Source of the DNA: Eledone cirrhosa
Lineage: Eukaryota
NCBI GenBank assembly: GCA_964016885.1
Contig: OZ024746.1
Location: 33,604,001 to 33,668,000, forward strand
Direction of reading: 5' to 3'
Length of the DNA stretch: 64,000 nt
A model generated the notes under the pieces. The model worked only from the letters and a program-made list of their open reading frames with translations. It was not told the DNA's origin and ran no database searches. Below are positions 45,250-59,402 of this stretch, piece after piece; position 1 is the stretch's first letter; each line of letters opens with the position of its first letter. Both the position numbers and the translations under genes were made by a program.

Positions 45250-45530
45250 TCATCTGCATCTACAAGTTGGTGTAGGACAGAACAAAGGAGAGACCCAAAA
45301 TAAAAACCTAGTCACTGAGGAGGTCACATAATGTGTGATGAAAGGACTTTAGCAATAAATAAACTATCATCCGGTTATTAAACCAATCACTGGAGATGTG
45401 TATTAAATTGAACCCCCACTTGCGTTTGCTTTTATTGGCAGCATGGCCCTCCGAAAGTATAACAATATATGCTTCATCACATGTTTTCAGATGCGAAATC
45501 TTGCAAAGCAAATAGAAAAACGAAGAGTAC
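45250..45530 (+). mobile_element. Family E 3' end with HHR and long tail
   Basis: CTGAGGA-ggtcaca..tgtgat-GAAA-ggac-TT; tail matches 40322-40418. Confidence 0.75.
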
Positions 45531-45610
45531 ACGCACACACACATATATATATATATGTAAGTATGTATGTATGTATTTATGCAAAAACACACACATACAC
45601 ATACACACAT

Positions 45611-45665
<55 letters not shown>

Positions 45666-45668
<3 letters not shown>

Positions 45669-46318
45669 TACAAATTATGTCCATATAATCATTTGATAAC
45701 ATATATACACCATTTCCTCTCCCAATTAGCATAATGAACCACAAAAAAACCCAATTAAACCAGGCTATAAGATTAAAAGGCACTTATGAAGAAATAATAG
45801 ATAAATGAAGAAATAATAGATTATGAAGAAATAATAGATAAATAAACGACAGCCATCTATTCGCGATCAAGAGCTATAGAATATTTACCCAGCATTTCAA
45901 TAGGACGTGGAAATCGATTAGATATATCGTCAACCAATGTGTATATGCATTTTTTCTTCTAACTTTAATTTTGTACCTAATTGTGTATGGTTGACGATAT
46001 ATTTAATCGATTTCCACGTGGTATTGAAATGGTGGGTAAATATTCTATAGCTGTTGATCGCGAATAGATGGCTGTCGTTTATTTATCTATTATTTCTTCA
46101 TAAGTGCCTTTTAATCTTATTATTGTTTTTAAATTGTTTTTTTTGTGTGGTTGATTATGTTAATTGGGAGAGGAAATGGTGTATATATCTTATCAAATGA
46201 TTCTATGGACATAATTTATAGTATATTGCTCTGATTATTTGTTTTAATAATTCATCATTGAGCCACATCGTGAATGGTTGCCAAAAACCTATATATCTAT
46301 GACTTTGTCTAGTTTGTA
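45666..46318. mobile_element. Family J fold-back insertion (arms about 235-270 bp, about 96-nt tail)
   Basis: 45666-45936 reverse-complements 45988-46222; HHR-like tatgg-TTGACGA...GAAA-t..at-T-ctata at the inner end. Confidence 0.85.
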
Positions 46319-46364
46319 TATATGTAAATCTTTATATATATATATATATATATATATGCATACA

Positions 46365-46704
<340 letters not shown>

Positions 46705-46724
46705 TATATATATATAAGCAAAAG

Positions 46725-46844
46725 GGATATTTAATTTGTTGGTAATTCAGCAAATATAAATGTTTATAACTGATGTGGTACCCTTGAAATATATATAATA
46801 GAATAAATATGGTTTTATAAATATAGTTTCCATTTATTTAATAT

Positions 46845-46850
<6 letters not shown>
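46725..46850 (+). mobile_element. Decayed family B arm
   Basis: cccttgaaatatatataatagaataaatatggttttataaatatagtttccatttatt. Confidence 0.7.
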
Positions 46851-46901
<51 letters not shown>

Positions 46902-47776
46902 AGTATATATTTCTAAAGAAAAACATCTTCATGACAATGTGCTTCAAATGAAAATGTGATAGAGTAACAATGAGCTTACCTTAGTCAATAAACAAAGAAG
47001 TACAGACCAAAAATAGGAAAACATATTTTGAACTATAGTCCTACGTAAGGACAAAGAAAACTGATAGGTAGGTAAAGGAAAATTTGCTGAAATATTAGTG
47101 TTAATATTACGTTGTAGCATGATTCACTTACGAGAATTAACCCAAGTCAGATATACATTCTTACATGCATCTGTTCTTCGCGAGCTTTTGGTTAGCATGT
47201 TAGAATATCCTTCATCTGTCGTAATACAAAAATAGAAATACATTGCAATAGGTTCATTAGATTTCTATATTTCTCTTTTATCAACTACAAACTCAATTCT
47301 CTTACTGAAATATTACCTGTTTTGTACTCATTGAAATAATTATAATTAATACCAAGAGCAACATTGGCAGTGTAATATGAATATTGTTGGATAACAAAGA
47401 TTAGTGAGGTCAAATAAATATGCACATAATACTATATATAATTTATGTGCAGGTTTATTCATGTTGTTGTTGGCTTATCTGATGTCTTGCATTGTTCAGT
47501 GAGAGTTATTAATTTTCTGCTAGAAAGCAAGTTCATCCTGGCTTTTAAAGAGGTTTTTGTTTTTATTTTCTAGTGTTTGATAAGACTTTCCCATCTATTC
47601 TTGTTATATATGTTTATGACTTTGAAAAATGTATTCCGTTTCTAATGGGATTATTGATATTGGTAATTTCGGTGGCAGAGATAAGAGCACAAGTTGCCGA
47701 GATATGTTATCATTTCATTGTTGAAATGTTAACGTTCAATTTGTTGTCTTCTAATTCTATTTTTCTATATGTATTC

Positions 47777-47862
<86 letters not shown>

Positions 47863-47938
47863 CATACATATAATATATATATACATGTATATATATATAT
47901 ACAAACAATATATATATATTCATGTATATATATAGATT

Positions 47939-47990
<52 letters not shown>

Positions 47991-49756
47991 CATATATATA
48001 TATATCACTAAACGCATCTATTTGGAGGATCTATTGAAAGCAGTACAATTCTTGAGTTAATAGACGTTCAAACGGGCTTTGATATATCCGGAGTGAAAGT
48101 TGGTATAAGAAAGAAAACAATACAGAAGGGAAGAGAAACATATTGAAACTAAGATAGCCAGGTAAAGAAACAATGATATGTAATGACCAAATAGCAGACA
48201 TGCGAAACGTTTAGATGCATGTATGAATGTATATGATAGCTGAATAAATATTACTGGACATAATTTGACTATATGGTGAGTGCACAACATTTTAATGGCT
48301 ATAGAGTGTATCCAATCATCCCGGTGTTAAATATTTGAAATTAATCTAAGAGCTCAAAGTGTATTCGCTTCTGATATAATTTTGTCTCTAATGAATATAA
48401 AGAAGCAGCTCAGAATTTACTCAAGATTAAATTCAAACTTAGCAAGATACGTATCATTCGCAAGTGGTCCTTGTGATGGCATTATTGAGTATATTCTCTA
48501 CAATACAATAAAAGTCCCCGTTTTGCTTGGAACTATAATATGGTGCACAAAGAACCACGTCCTAACAAATATAGCTGCCCTGTTGAAAATTAATGTTATT
48601 ATATCACCAACATAAATGTTGCAATTGGTCCTTTCGGTTGGTTAATTGTCAAACGATTAAAAAACTTATGCTCTCTATTAATGAAGAAACGTGTGCTATA
48701 AACATACCTTGTCGGATTAGGCTTCCGTCTGATATAGGCGTCACTTAATTCAGTAAAAACATCTATATGGTCGACTGGTCGACGACTAGACTGGCTCCTC
48801 CTCTGCCAGACCCTGGTCTTGTGAGTAGGCTGCGTGTAACCCCAGCAGCAGAAAACACAATAGCTGTTAAAAGGATGGATGAAATCCGCAGAGTCAAAGG
48901 ACATCCATCCCAAATAAATTAGCCTCGAAAGATTTCAATTTTGAGACGATATGTTTGTTGTTTGCTGACATGACAGAGATGTTATTGAAGAAATTATTAG
49001 TTTTTAGTCTAGTGTACATATAATTGGAACAGTAAATAATATGTTGGACAAATATATACGCTAATATCAGGTACAATATGTATAGAATAACATATTAACA
49101 GGTGAGGCCACGGCAAGTGCTTATATCACCAATAATTTGAACCATAACAACAATTCCAACAACGATTTAACATTACACTATTTCAGGAAATTATTTGTGA
49201 TAAAGTAATCGAGTATTTCAAGAAAATTAACATATAATAATTATGAGGAATTTGAGATATAGATGCAAACGAATTGCTGAATTGCCGGTATATCCACCCC
49301 CGAAAAAAATAATAATGCGAATAAACCTCAAATGAATAAGTCTAATAAAGTGGAATATTTTACTTATTTATGATTTGAGGGTAAAGGATAAACTTCTTAG
49401 GGCATCGTGACTAACCCTACTACCGTCGTTCCCTTTCTCTTTTGCTTTCTCCCTCTTGCTTTCTCCCTGTTACAGAATGTTTTATGTAACAGATACCTCT
49501 GTCTAGAATAATAGATAAGGTATCAACTATTCGAGTTCTTTACAACAAAGAGGTAAACAACTCAACATCTTTTTCACTCCTAATACAACAGCTAGAATAA
49601 CACAATAACTATCTAAAGTACATTAAACAAAGCACACACGCTCATATATACATGCAGGGAATCACTCATTTCTCTTTCCACCACCAACATGTATGAATAT
49701 GAACCCAGTCACACAAACACAGAAAGACACACCCGCACTCACATATATATATATAT

Positions 49757-49946
49757 ATAGGGACGAGTAGGACGCCGACGGCCGAGCTCAAGCCGTTTCG
49801 ACGGCTAATTCTGAACTATTAGCCGTCGAAACGTCTTGAGCTCAGCCGTCGGGGCCCTACTCGTTCCTATTACCCACTCTACTACCCTAAGTATTGAGTA
49901 CTTTGGTGCGTTATGATCCATCTGGTTCCTTACTACATTTCCTTCG

Positions 49947-49950
<4 letters not shown>
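49757..49950. mobile_element. Family A fold-back insertion
   Basis: Short arm (-) 49757-49812, long arm (+) about 49818-49950. Confidence 0.88.
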
Positions 49951-49980
<30 letters not shown>

Positions 49981-50176
49981 CTATATGTAAGTATTTATGT
50001 ATGCATGTATGTAAAGGAGTAACTGTCTGTGTGTCTCTGTGTGTCAATCTGTGCGCGCCTGCATATTATGCAGAGACTGAGGCTTACTCACTTTCACGAA
50101 TGTTTAGTATGTGTGATTCTCACAACAGCTATTCTGTTACTTTTGCTTTTGAAAATTGCAATATATCTATGTATAT

Positions 50177-50299
<123 letters not shown>

Positions 50300-50326
50300 T
50301 ATATAAATATATATATATATATATAT

Positions 50327-50426
50327 ATAACGAAGGAAATGTGGTAAGGAACCAGGTGGACCATAACGCAGTCCAGAATTAGCCGTTGAAACGGCTTGAG
50401 CTCAGCTGTCGGGGTCTTACTGGTTC

Positions 50427-50430
<4 letters not shown>
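50327..50430. mobile_element. Family A two-armed insertion (43-nt tail tip on -, short-end arm on +)
   Basis: ataacgaagg...ataacgca joined to gtccagaattagcc...gttcctat. Confidence 0.85.
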
Positions 50431-50457
<27 letters not shown>

Positions 50458-50836
50458 GATAGATAGGTATATACATAGATATATTGCAATTTTACAGATG
50501 GATCGGATTACGTGGATAGAATAAGCATTAAGTACATATTTCATGTGATATCTTTAATGTTTGTCTTCAACTACGTTTTCATACGTTTCATGTTTTTCTC
50601 TAAGTAAAATTATTTAGAAACAGATGCTCACCGTCAATTCTGCTCTCCCACAATAACATATATAGCTATATATCTGTATACATATATATATATATATATA
50701 TACATAGATACCAGCTATTCTCTTTGCACTATTAAGCTGAATGAGACATTCTAAGCTCGAATCCTCATAGCGGTAAATGACGACAACTTTTCCATCTTTA
50801 AATATCTACAGTCTATTTTAAACGGTATTTCGTAGG

Positions 50837-50928
<92 letters not shown>

Positions 50929-50949
50929 ACCTATATATATATATATACG

Positions 50950-50998
<49 letters not shown>

Positions 50999-51024
50999 AT
51001 ATATGATGACCTATATATATATAT

Positions 51025-51080
<56 letters not shown>

Positions 51081-51227
51081 GTATTTAAGAAAGCCACAAC
51101 AATGCAGAGGGAAATCTCGAGGTAGGAAGTGAAAGATAGATAGGAAAAACAGGTGAAAGTGAAAATTGAGAGAGACAAAGATGAAAACAAAACAAAGATA
51201 GAAGGGTTACCGTAGTAGAGATTTAAT

Positions 51228-51261
51228 CCCAATATTTCGGGCTCACGCCCATCAACGGGGG
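51228..51261 (-). ncRNA. Minimal hammerhead-like motif with variant core
   Basis: ccc-CCGTTGA-t gggc gtga gccc-GAAA-ta-TT-ggg; same geometry as 29049-29080. Confidence 0.6.
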
Positions 51262-51853
51262 AAAGTTCCAAAAGGGGGAAAACAGGCCAAGCGGAGAAAG
51301 TTGTGATGTCGTTAAGACAGGAATGCCGTTATGGGGAGAAAATTATTTAAAATTTAAACGAGCGAAAGAGTGCGCGTGCGCGTGATAGGCTGTGGCAAAA
51401 GCTACTGACCAAATGGGTTAAATCAAGAGGGTGCGCTAGCGTGTGAAAGCCGTAAGATATGTGTGTGTAAATATATATGTGTGTGTAACTGTGTGTGTAT
51501 AAGTGTAAGTGTGTATATGTGTGAGTGTGTGTGTGTGTGAAAGATAGTGGGCTGTAGAAGTTGGAAATCAAAGGGTGTGAAAGGTGGTAGGTTGTAAAAT
51601 ATGTGTGCGTGTATAAATATAGATGTGTGTGTGTAAGCGTATGGGTATACATGTGTGTGTATATGTGTGAGTGCGTTTTTGTGTGAAAGATAGTGGGCTG
51701 TAGAAGCTGGAAATCAAAGGGTGTGAAAGGTGGTAGGTTGTAAGAACATGTGTGCGTGTATAAATATAGATGTGTGTGTGTATGCGTATGGGTATGTATA
51801 TACGTGCGTGTGTGTGAAGATAGCAGGCCGTAGGCTGTGAATGGTCACTATGG

Positions 51854-53134
51854 TTAAGTTAGCCATGTCAGCTCATTTCTCTCAGCCCGGTTGTTAAGTG
51901 GGGGTCTGAGGTTCTTAATAACAAGTGCTTCCTTTATCCTTAAGGATCCGATGCTGCGTTCAGTCGCTAGGACTGTGACCATGGGTCTACCCTGTGGGTT
52001 TCCGCATTTAAGGATGTGTTTACGGAAGGAAGATGCGTTGGTGTTGATATGTTCCTTGATACGAACATGTAGGGGTCGGATGGTGCTACCTATGTAAAAC
52101 TTGTTACATTTATCGCATTGAATCTTATATACGACATAGGTGCGTAGGCAATCTGCCGCCCGTATCGGGCAGTTGCTGAGGGAACACGTCCCATCTGACT
52201 CGTCGGGTTTGTTGGAGAGGCATCTTCGCAGCGAAGGTCCTGTGTGGGCCAAATGTATGTCAAGTCCCTCCGTCCGTATGGCCCTGCGGATGGCGTTCGT
52301 GGTATATTCACTCAGGTGGGGGATTTTAAAGAAGCACCTGCTATTATTTAGTTTTCTAGTGGGTGTCTGTCTATTGGGTCTGGGGTCTCTAATTCCGTTA
52401 ATCAGTCGCTTGGGGTAACCATTAGATCTGAGTAGATTACGGAATTGCGTGGTATGGGTGAGACCACCCATCGGGTCGCTGCATCTGTTAGTGATCCGTG
52501 TCAGTTCATTTAGGACATAGCCTCTCTTAGCGTTGTTGGGGAGGGCTGAGTTATAATGCACAAATAAGTCCTTGCACGCTGCTTTGCGGTAGAAGGTGGT
52601 GTCTATGTCTCCTTCTTCCGAGATGTTGATACGGAAGTCGAGGAGGGCGAGTGACCCGACTTCTCCTGGGTGTTCGATGGTGAAATCGACGTGATGGTCA
52701 GTATCGTTGAAGATTTGGTGAATTTCATTCGCCATCTCCCGGGAAGAAGTAAGTATCAGGATATCATCAACGTATCTGGAGTAGAAGGCGACGGCGTTGG
52801 GTTGGCAGGTATTGAGTGCCTTGCGTTCCAGGTGGTCCATGTACGAGATCGCAAGTATACCGGACAGACTAGAGCCCATAGGTAGCCCAGATATTTGTTT
52901 GTACGTGTGGCCGAGGAAATTGAAGAGTGCATTATCCACAACGAAGGAGAGGAGTTGGTGGATGTCCGTGTGTGTGAGTCCGAAGCAGTGTAAGTTAGAT
53001 GCTCGGACTCGTTCGGTCAACAGGTCGACAGCTGGGGATGCTGGTACGGAGGTATAAAGGGCGACCACATCAAGACTGAAGGCATAACCGTTGTCCTTTC
53101 TGGTGTTGGGCGCCAGATGGTGTAGTCGCTCCAA
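51854..53134 (-). CDS. PLE reverse transcriptase plus GIY-YIG endonuclease (N-terminally truncated, 426 codons without stops)
   Basis: [59 protein letters not shown]. Confidence 0.93.
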   Translation of the reverse strand: MERLHHLAPNTRKDNGYAFSLDVVALYTSVPASPAVDLLTERVRASNLHCFGLTHTDIHQLLSFVVDNALFNFLGHTYKQISGLPMGSSLSGILAISYMDHLERKALNTCQPNAVAFYSRYVDDILILTSSREMANEIHQIFNDTDHHVDFTIEHPGEVGSLALLDFRINISEEGDIDTTFYRKAACKDLFVHYNSALPNNAKRGYVLNELTRITNRCSDPMGGLTHTTQFRNLLRSNGYPKRLINGIRDPRPNRQTPTRKLNNSRCFFKIPHLSEYTTNAIRRAIRTEGLDIHLAHTGPSLRRCLSNKPDESDGTCSLSNCPIRAADCLRTYVVYKIQCDKCNKFYIGSTIRPLHVRIKEHINTNASSFRKHILKCGNPQGRPMVTVLATERSIGSLRIKEALVIKNLRPPLNNRAERNELTWLT

Positions 53135-53258
53135 GACTTCCTTTGAGCTGCAGACGTGGGCTGGTAGTGTGTGTAGAAGCTGTTCTACTACACACCTATC
53201 TATCTTTCACTTCCTACCTCGAGATTTCCCTCTGCATTGTTGTGGCTTTCTTAAATAC

Positions 53259-53408
<150 letters not shown>

Positions 53409-53426
53409 ACCTATATATATATATAT

Positions 53427-53595
<169 letters not shown>

Positions 53596-53603
53596 ATATA
53601 TAT

Positions 53604-55285
53604 AGTAATAATAATAAATTTGAAGACTAAAATCCATAGAGGGCTCGATAAGGATAAATATATATCAAATATATAAGAACCGTTCTGCAAATATTTATTA
53701 AAATAACAGATTAAAGTTTAAGCAAAGAATCACTGCTTTCACCCTTAACGGTATCTTCTGAAACTAACAAAGTCAATCTGTAAACGCAGAAGTGGATATT
53801 TCAAAAAACGTTGCAACTGTACGACTGCTAACCTTACACATAACATCACAGCTTCAAATTTAGCTAAACTACCTAACCGTAGGAACATGTGCAACCCTGT
53901 AGTTAGTACTAACTGTAATTGTAGGAATCGGGTTGATTGCACCCTATCCGGGAAATGCCTCTCTAGTAACATTGTCTACAAATGTAAGGTTGAAACACCC
54001 ACGTCCCGTATGGCCCACATAGGGTTAACCGCCAATAGATTCAAGCAGCGTCTTTACATGCATACCCATTCTTTTCGTTACTCTCTAAGAAGGAATATGA
54101 CGTCACTTTCAGCTTATATCTGGAGTCTAAAAGACAACCACACCCAACATCAGTTACACTGGGAGATCCTAGCTAGGTCTAGATCGTATAACAGAAATAA
54201 AAGACCATGTGACCTCTGCGCCGCTGAGGCATGGAAATACTCTACGCCACAGACCACATCTTAAACAAAAAATCTGAGGCAATTTCGGCTTGTAAACATA
54301 AATTGCACAAAACGTTCCTGTATTACAGCCCCTCGTTATACCCTAACGGATAGTACGATCTATACGTGGATATTTTACGTCTTGATGTGGTAGCTAAGTA
54401 TATGTTTTGTTTATACCATTACTTATTTGCATAGGTAAGTATATATTACCTCTAGGTTTTGTGAAGGTACGTATACCTTCTCGTACGTTTATTTGATTGT
54501 ATATGTGATGGCGTATAATTTTATATATTCTGGTACATATGCTTTGGTTCTGTGTATACGGGAGTTTTGCGTCTGTGTGAGTATGCAGGTTTGTACGTAT
54601 GTAGGGTGTGTGTATATGTGTACTTCATGTTATTGTTGACTTACGTCTCCGAACATTTGTGTAATTACATGTAGGTATGTGCATGCGCTTGTTATATACG
54701 TATTTATTTATTTATATACGTTTATTTAATTATTTATTTATTTGTATACACGCATACACACACCCACATATTTATATGTGCGTGGTTTTGTATACCTATG
54801 GTAAGTGTTTTCGCGTATGCTTGTTTATGTACGTATTTGTATGCGTGTATGTATTTATTTAATTTCTATTACCTCTGTATTGTATTTATTTACTTTGTTC
54901 TTAACTCTGAAGCGGAGATTCATTCGGTCTCCTAGTTAGAATTTTAGTCTACGACTTCTGCTATACCATTTACGTGGTTTTGACTTTGCGTGCAATTGTT
55001 CTCCACGCTCCACATATGACGTACTATCTTCGTTGTTTTCGTTCATTGCCAGAGAAGGTCTCTATGAACCACCTAAGAGAACATTAGTCTACGACTTCTT
55101 TTATACCATAAACGTGGTTCTGTCTTTGCGCGTAATTGTTTTTCACCGCTCCTATTTATGACGTATTATATTCGTTTTTTCCCGTTCTTTGCCAGGGAAC
55201 GTTTCCACGAACCAAAGTATCGTCTTCCTGTTATGCAATTTTGTAGAAATACCATTAATTAGATCCAAATATATTTCTGAAGATA
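53604..55285 (+). mobile_element. 5'-truncated PLE (GIY-YIG part plus 3' UTR) preceded by an inverted family F terminus (53604-53765)
   Basis: Coding remnant from about 53770; about 140-bp tandem repeat at 54944-55213; TA-flanked. Confidence 0.8.
53800..54353 (+). pseudogene. PLE Cys linker plus GIY-YIG endonuclease, frameshifted
   Basis: CNCRNRVDCTLSGKCLSSNIVYKC, HIGLTANRFKQR, TSLSAYIWSLK, WEIL, CDLC, LNKKSE..CKH. Confidence 0.88.
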
Positions 55286-55932
55286 TATATATATATATAT
55301 ACCTCTACAGATTTACATTACGCTTTGAAAGAAATGAGTTGATAGGAAATAAATTAAAGGTCTTCTTTTTTAGATACGTATAGGTAGATTGAAAGAAATT
55401 GTTGTTGGTTATCTAAGTAATTGTAGGTAGAAATAACCATTGTGGCGATGAATAAGTTTTAATTCATGATGACTTGTTGAATATGAATATAGTTTTATAT
55501 TTTTATCGTACTTTACCTATAGTACAACGAGTTTAACTTTGGTGTGTATCTAATCATCAAGTACATTTCCATCTTAATGCTGTAATATTCCAATATCTTA
55601 TAGCTGCATGTATAGAATTGTAAAATATTGAAATTTAGAAATAATCACTCTCTGGGGAAAACGGGAAGATAGATCTATTTTATTGAGACTTACGACATGG
55701 AGTTTCATAATTGCTATCGAGTAGTCAATATATCCATATAATGTTGGTTTATTCATACTTGTGAAACGATTAGAAAACAATGAACTATTTATACACAAAG
55801 CATTTCATTTAGGATTTTAATAACAATAGCTTTGGGAATGATTCTCATTCTTTCTGGAAATGTACGTTATGCAAATTAGTATGCATATATACATATATAT
55901 ATACATACATATATATATACACACACACACAT

Positions 55933-56018
<86 letters not shown>

Positions 56019-56200
56019 AATGTAGGAAAGTAACACACGAGTTGAGATTTATAAAAACAATAGTAGATAAAGAAAATTTTTTTCAGTAGAAAATGCGGAA
56101 GAGATGCTTTCACTATACTATCAAAACATTTATTAATTTATAAAGTGGTTATTTCCAGTTATATGCTTTTTCAACTGCGGATGTATATATATATATATAT

Positions 56201-58681
56201 TGTTATATTTGAAGAGGGTCATATTTGTGTAATATTGCTAGAATTAATAACAGAACACACTCACTGTTTGGTCGGTTTTCGCTTTTCACTTCTGTGTCTT
56301 TTATATCGGTAATCTAATTTATTCGGTCCTCAATGTTGCCATTGACTGACCGAAGGTCAAAAATAATACAGATACAATATAGACACAAACACATATATAT
56401 AGTTTATCATAAATCTTTCGTTGCACATCCGCAACATCGTTAGTGGTGATATTGTTTCCTCCCGTTGCATTGTATGTATACGCCATTTTTATTTAGTCTG
56501 TCTATATATTTATTTATTTATTTGCTTGTTTGTTTATTTTATTTTGTCTTCTTTGCGCATGCGTTTGCGTGTGTGTATAGTGTTTTGTTTCATGTGTGTT
56601 CGTGATTGGGTGACTAGTGTGTGTTTATATGTGTTTGTTGTTATTGTGCTTGTGTCTGTATTTATTTATTTATTTATCTATTTATTTACTTATTTATACT
56701 TCTCTTGGGTCAGTGTTGTTTGTTTGGGTGTTGTTGTTATTCCATTCATTCTTTCTGTTTAGTCTTGGCCTTCTAAGTTCTATTTCGCTGGCCTCTCTGA
56801 TTTGCCTATCTGCTTGGTCATATCTATGTTTAGATATTATTCTAATTTCTATGTTGTCTATGTTACCGTCGTGTTGTTGTCTGGCATGTTCGTATAGTAC
56901 TGAACCGTTTTTTCGTCCTTTTAGTTCCCCCAGTGTTGGTCTATCCTTTCACCTATGCTACGAGCTGTCTCACCTATGTATATTGTTGTCATGTTTCTGC
57001 AAGTACCCTCTGTACATCTCATGCTATAGACTACGTTTCTAGTTTTACAGTTTATCCGGGGGTTTACCTTACATATGATACATTTCCTATTAGTACAGTG
57101 GGTTTTCTTAAAAGGTAGGTTTTGCTGATCAGGGATTTTATGGTGGTTCCTGGCTTTTCTACCACCTTAATTTTTAAGTGGGTCTTTCTCAGGGTCTTTC
57201 TACACTGGTTAGCTAATTTCCCTCCAGGGGTAGCGTCCACAAACATGACACTCCGTATCTCTGGTTGTCGTACCATGAGGTGTCTTTCCTTATCTTATGT
57301 CTAGCCCTGTCTAAGCTATTCCATGATTTGCTCCTGTATAAATCATGGAATAGCTTAGATAGGGCTAGGCATAAGATAAGGAATGTATGGGCAAATTCAT
57401 TTCATGTCCAGTCCTATGAGGCTCTTATACTTCTCTATGGCTCTTTCGTATACTCTGATTCTGTCTCTTTGGTTGTAGCCAGAGAACTGCATGCGGTTGA
57501 TGAAGTGTTGGATGTGTCTTTCCATTTCTGTTGGGTCGCACATGCGGGACACATTCTTCATCACTCGTACCAAATCTGCGATCAGAATATTAAACTTAGT
57601 ATTACTGGACATTGCTGAGATTTTGAGTATCAGGTATTTGGAGGCCATGGATTTAGCATAGTGTGAGTGGTGAATTTGGGCTCTCTTATCTATAGTGTTA
57701 ATCCAGAGTTCCGTGTCTAATACAGGTAGTCCATTGTTAGGGTGTTTGGAAGGGAAGTCGATAGTTACAGTTATACTCTGCTGTATGGAATTAGCTATCT
57801 GCTGGATGCTTTCCATTGTGCTACGTTCTAAGTCAAACTTGTTAGTGCTCTCTAGTGGGGATGCTCTTATAACTGCATTGATATCGTCTACATAACGAGA
57901 GTACATGATGAGGTCTCTGGACCTCTCATTAAGGAGATCTTTAAGTCTCCTTTCCCACCATACCATGAAATGGTTGGCAACATCACCAGCTATGCTGATG
58001 CCAATGGCTGCTCCCTCATTTTGGGTGTAGATCTTCTCGTTGAACTTAAATATGTGGCCCTTTAGGGTAGTTTTGATATTAGCCCCCATTGCATGTGCGA
58101 CCATTTTTCTTACCTGATCATTGTTTTGGGGGGTCCGTATAGCTTTGGTCCACCCAATCCACCTTCCCATGGGAGTCCTTTTTGCCATTGAGGTTATGGT
58201 GGGGGGTCTACCTCTTATGGGTCTACTAGGGCAGAAACGTCTAAGGTCATGGCTGTCTAGGGTAGTCAGTGTCGTAGGTAAGTCTAAGTAGGAGGCCCAG
58301 TTCATCTGTGTCGACGTCGCAGAACTCCACCTCATTTTCAATGATCATCTCCACACAATTTTCCACAGCAAAATCAATGTTAATGGATGGGTACAGTGAC
58401 ACCACATCCATGCTGCCTATTATGCAGTTGGATAGGTTTCTGTTTTTGTTGTACTCACTGATTCTGCTGAGGAGGTCAGCATGGCAACATTAAGGACCGA
58501 ATAAATTAGATTACCGATATAAAAGGCACATAAGCGAAAAAGCGAAAACCAATCAAACAGTGAGTGTGTTCTGTTATTAATTCTGGCAATATTACACAAA
58601 TATGACCCTCCCCAAGTATAACAATATTTGTTTCGACACACGATTTCATATAAAAAACCTCGCAAAACTAATCCATCGCCG

Positions 58682-58684
<3 letters not shown>
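56201..58684 (-). mobile_element. Family E' PLE, 5'-truncated, with about 143-bp inverted terminal copy plus about 60-nt tail
   Basis: 56201-56342 reverse-complements 58482-58624; decayed HHR at 56405-56451 (CTAACGA-t gttgc..gcaac-GAAA-gatt-TA). Confidence 0.92.
56750..58481 (-). pseudogene. PLE RT plus GIY-YIG with frameshifts; paralogue of 39488-40321
   Basis: IGSMDVVSLYPSI, QNEGAAIG, YSRYVDD, LPVLD, ILIADLVRVMKNVSRMC, VVYSMRC..YIGETAR. Confidence 0.9.
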
Positions 58685-58721
<37 letters not shown>

Positions 58722-58723
<2 letters not shown>

Positions 58724-58960
58724 TTTGACTATGTATTGGTTGTATATGATCCCAGTTCCTCGGAGGACTAACAACACACCAAGGAGCTGGACATATCGAT
58801 GAACTGACAGAGTGGAACACATTTCAACACCATGTTTACCTGTTTTATCTACATTAATTCGTACTGCCTGATAAGGTCACAGCTAATAATAGCTGTCACT
58901 GAAATATATATAGCAGAGAATTATAATAAACGAAGCCAACTTTAACACGTTTGACTTACT

Positions 58961-58968
<8 letters not shown>
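58722..58968 (+). mobile_element. Family H two-armed insertion with HHR at 58864-58916 (core CTGATAA)
   Basis: About 24-nt inverted tail tip, then a plus arm matching 63283-63389. Confidence 0.8.
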
Positions 58969-58992
<24 letters not shown>

Positions 58993-58999
58993 TTCACTG

Positions 59000-59402
59000 T
59001 GACCAGGCATGGCGTGGCCAACTCGACAGACTCCCTTATAATGAACTCATACAGCTCTCAATTTGCAGTTCTGCGGTGAGCATTGTTCCGCGCTTCATTC
59101 CACCTTGAGGAAGTTGTGGGAGTTTGGAAGGGTATCCAGCAGCAGTGAAAACCCGATATATGTAGTGTACGGCACGGCCTTCAGGCATGATTTGTCTCAT
59201 AACAGGACTACCCACGTCCATACTGTAAACGTGGTTGGTGTTAGGAAGTGTATCTAGCTGTAAACATATCTGCCAAAATACAGTCTTTTGGGCAAGATAC
59301 AGCTAGGCCAACTAAGCGGACGTTTCTCATAAGGTGGATGATACGTCTAACCCTTACAAGCATGGGAAAATAGACGTTAAACGGCGATGGTGATGATGAT
59401 AT
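59000..59402 (+). mobile_element. Second SINE-like family with gacgttaaacg(gat)n tail
   Basis: Repeated ggaagggtatccagc/ggaagtgtatctagctgtaaa motif; same tail at 25864-25905. Confidence 0.5.

Noticed and set aside
48770-48910. GC-richer patch considered as an HDV-like ribozyme or LINE 5' UTR (also 42520-42750)
   Set aside because: Could not build the nested double pseudoknot
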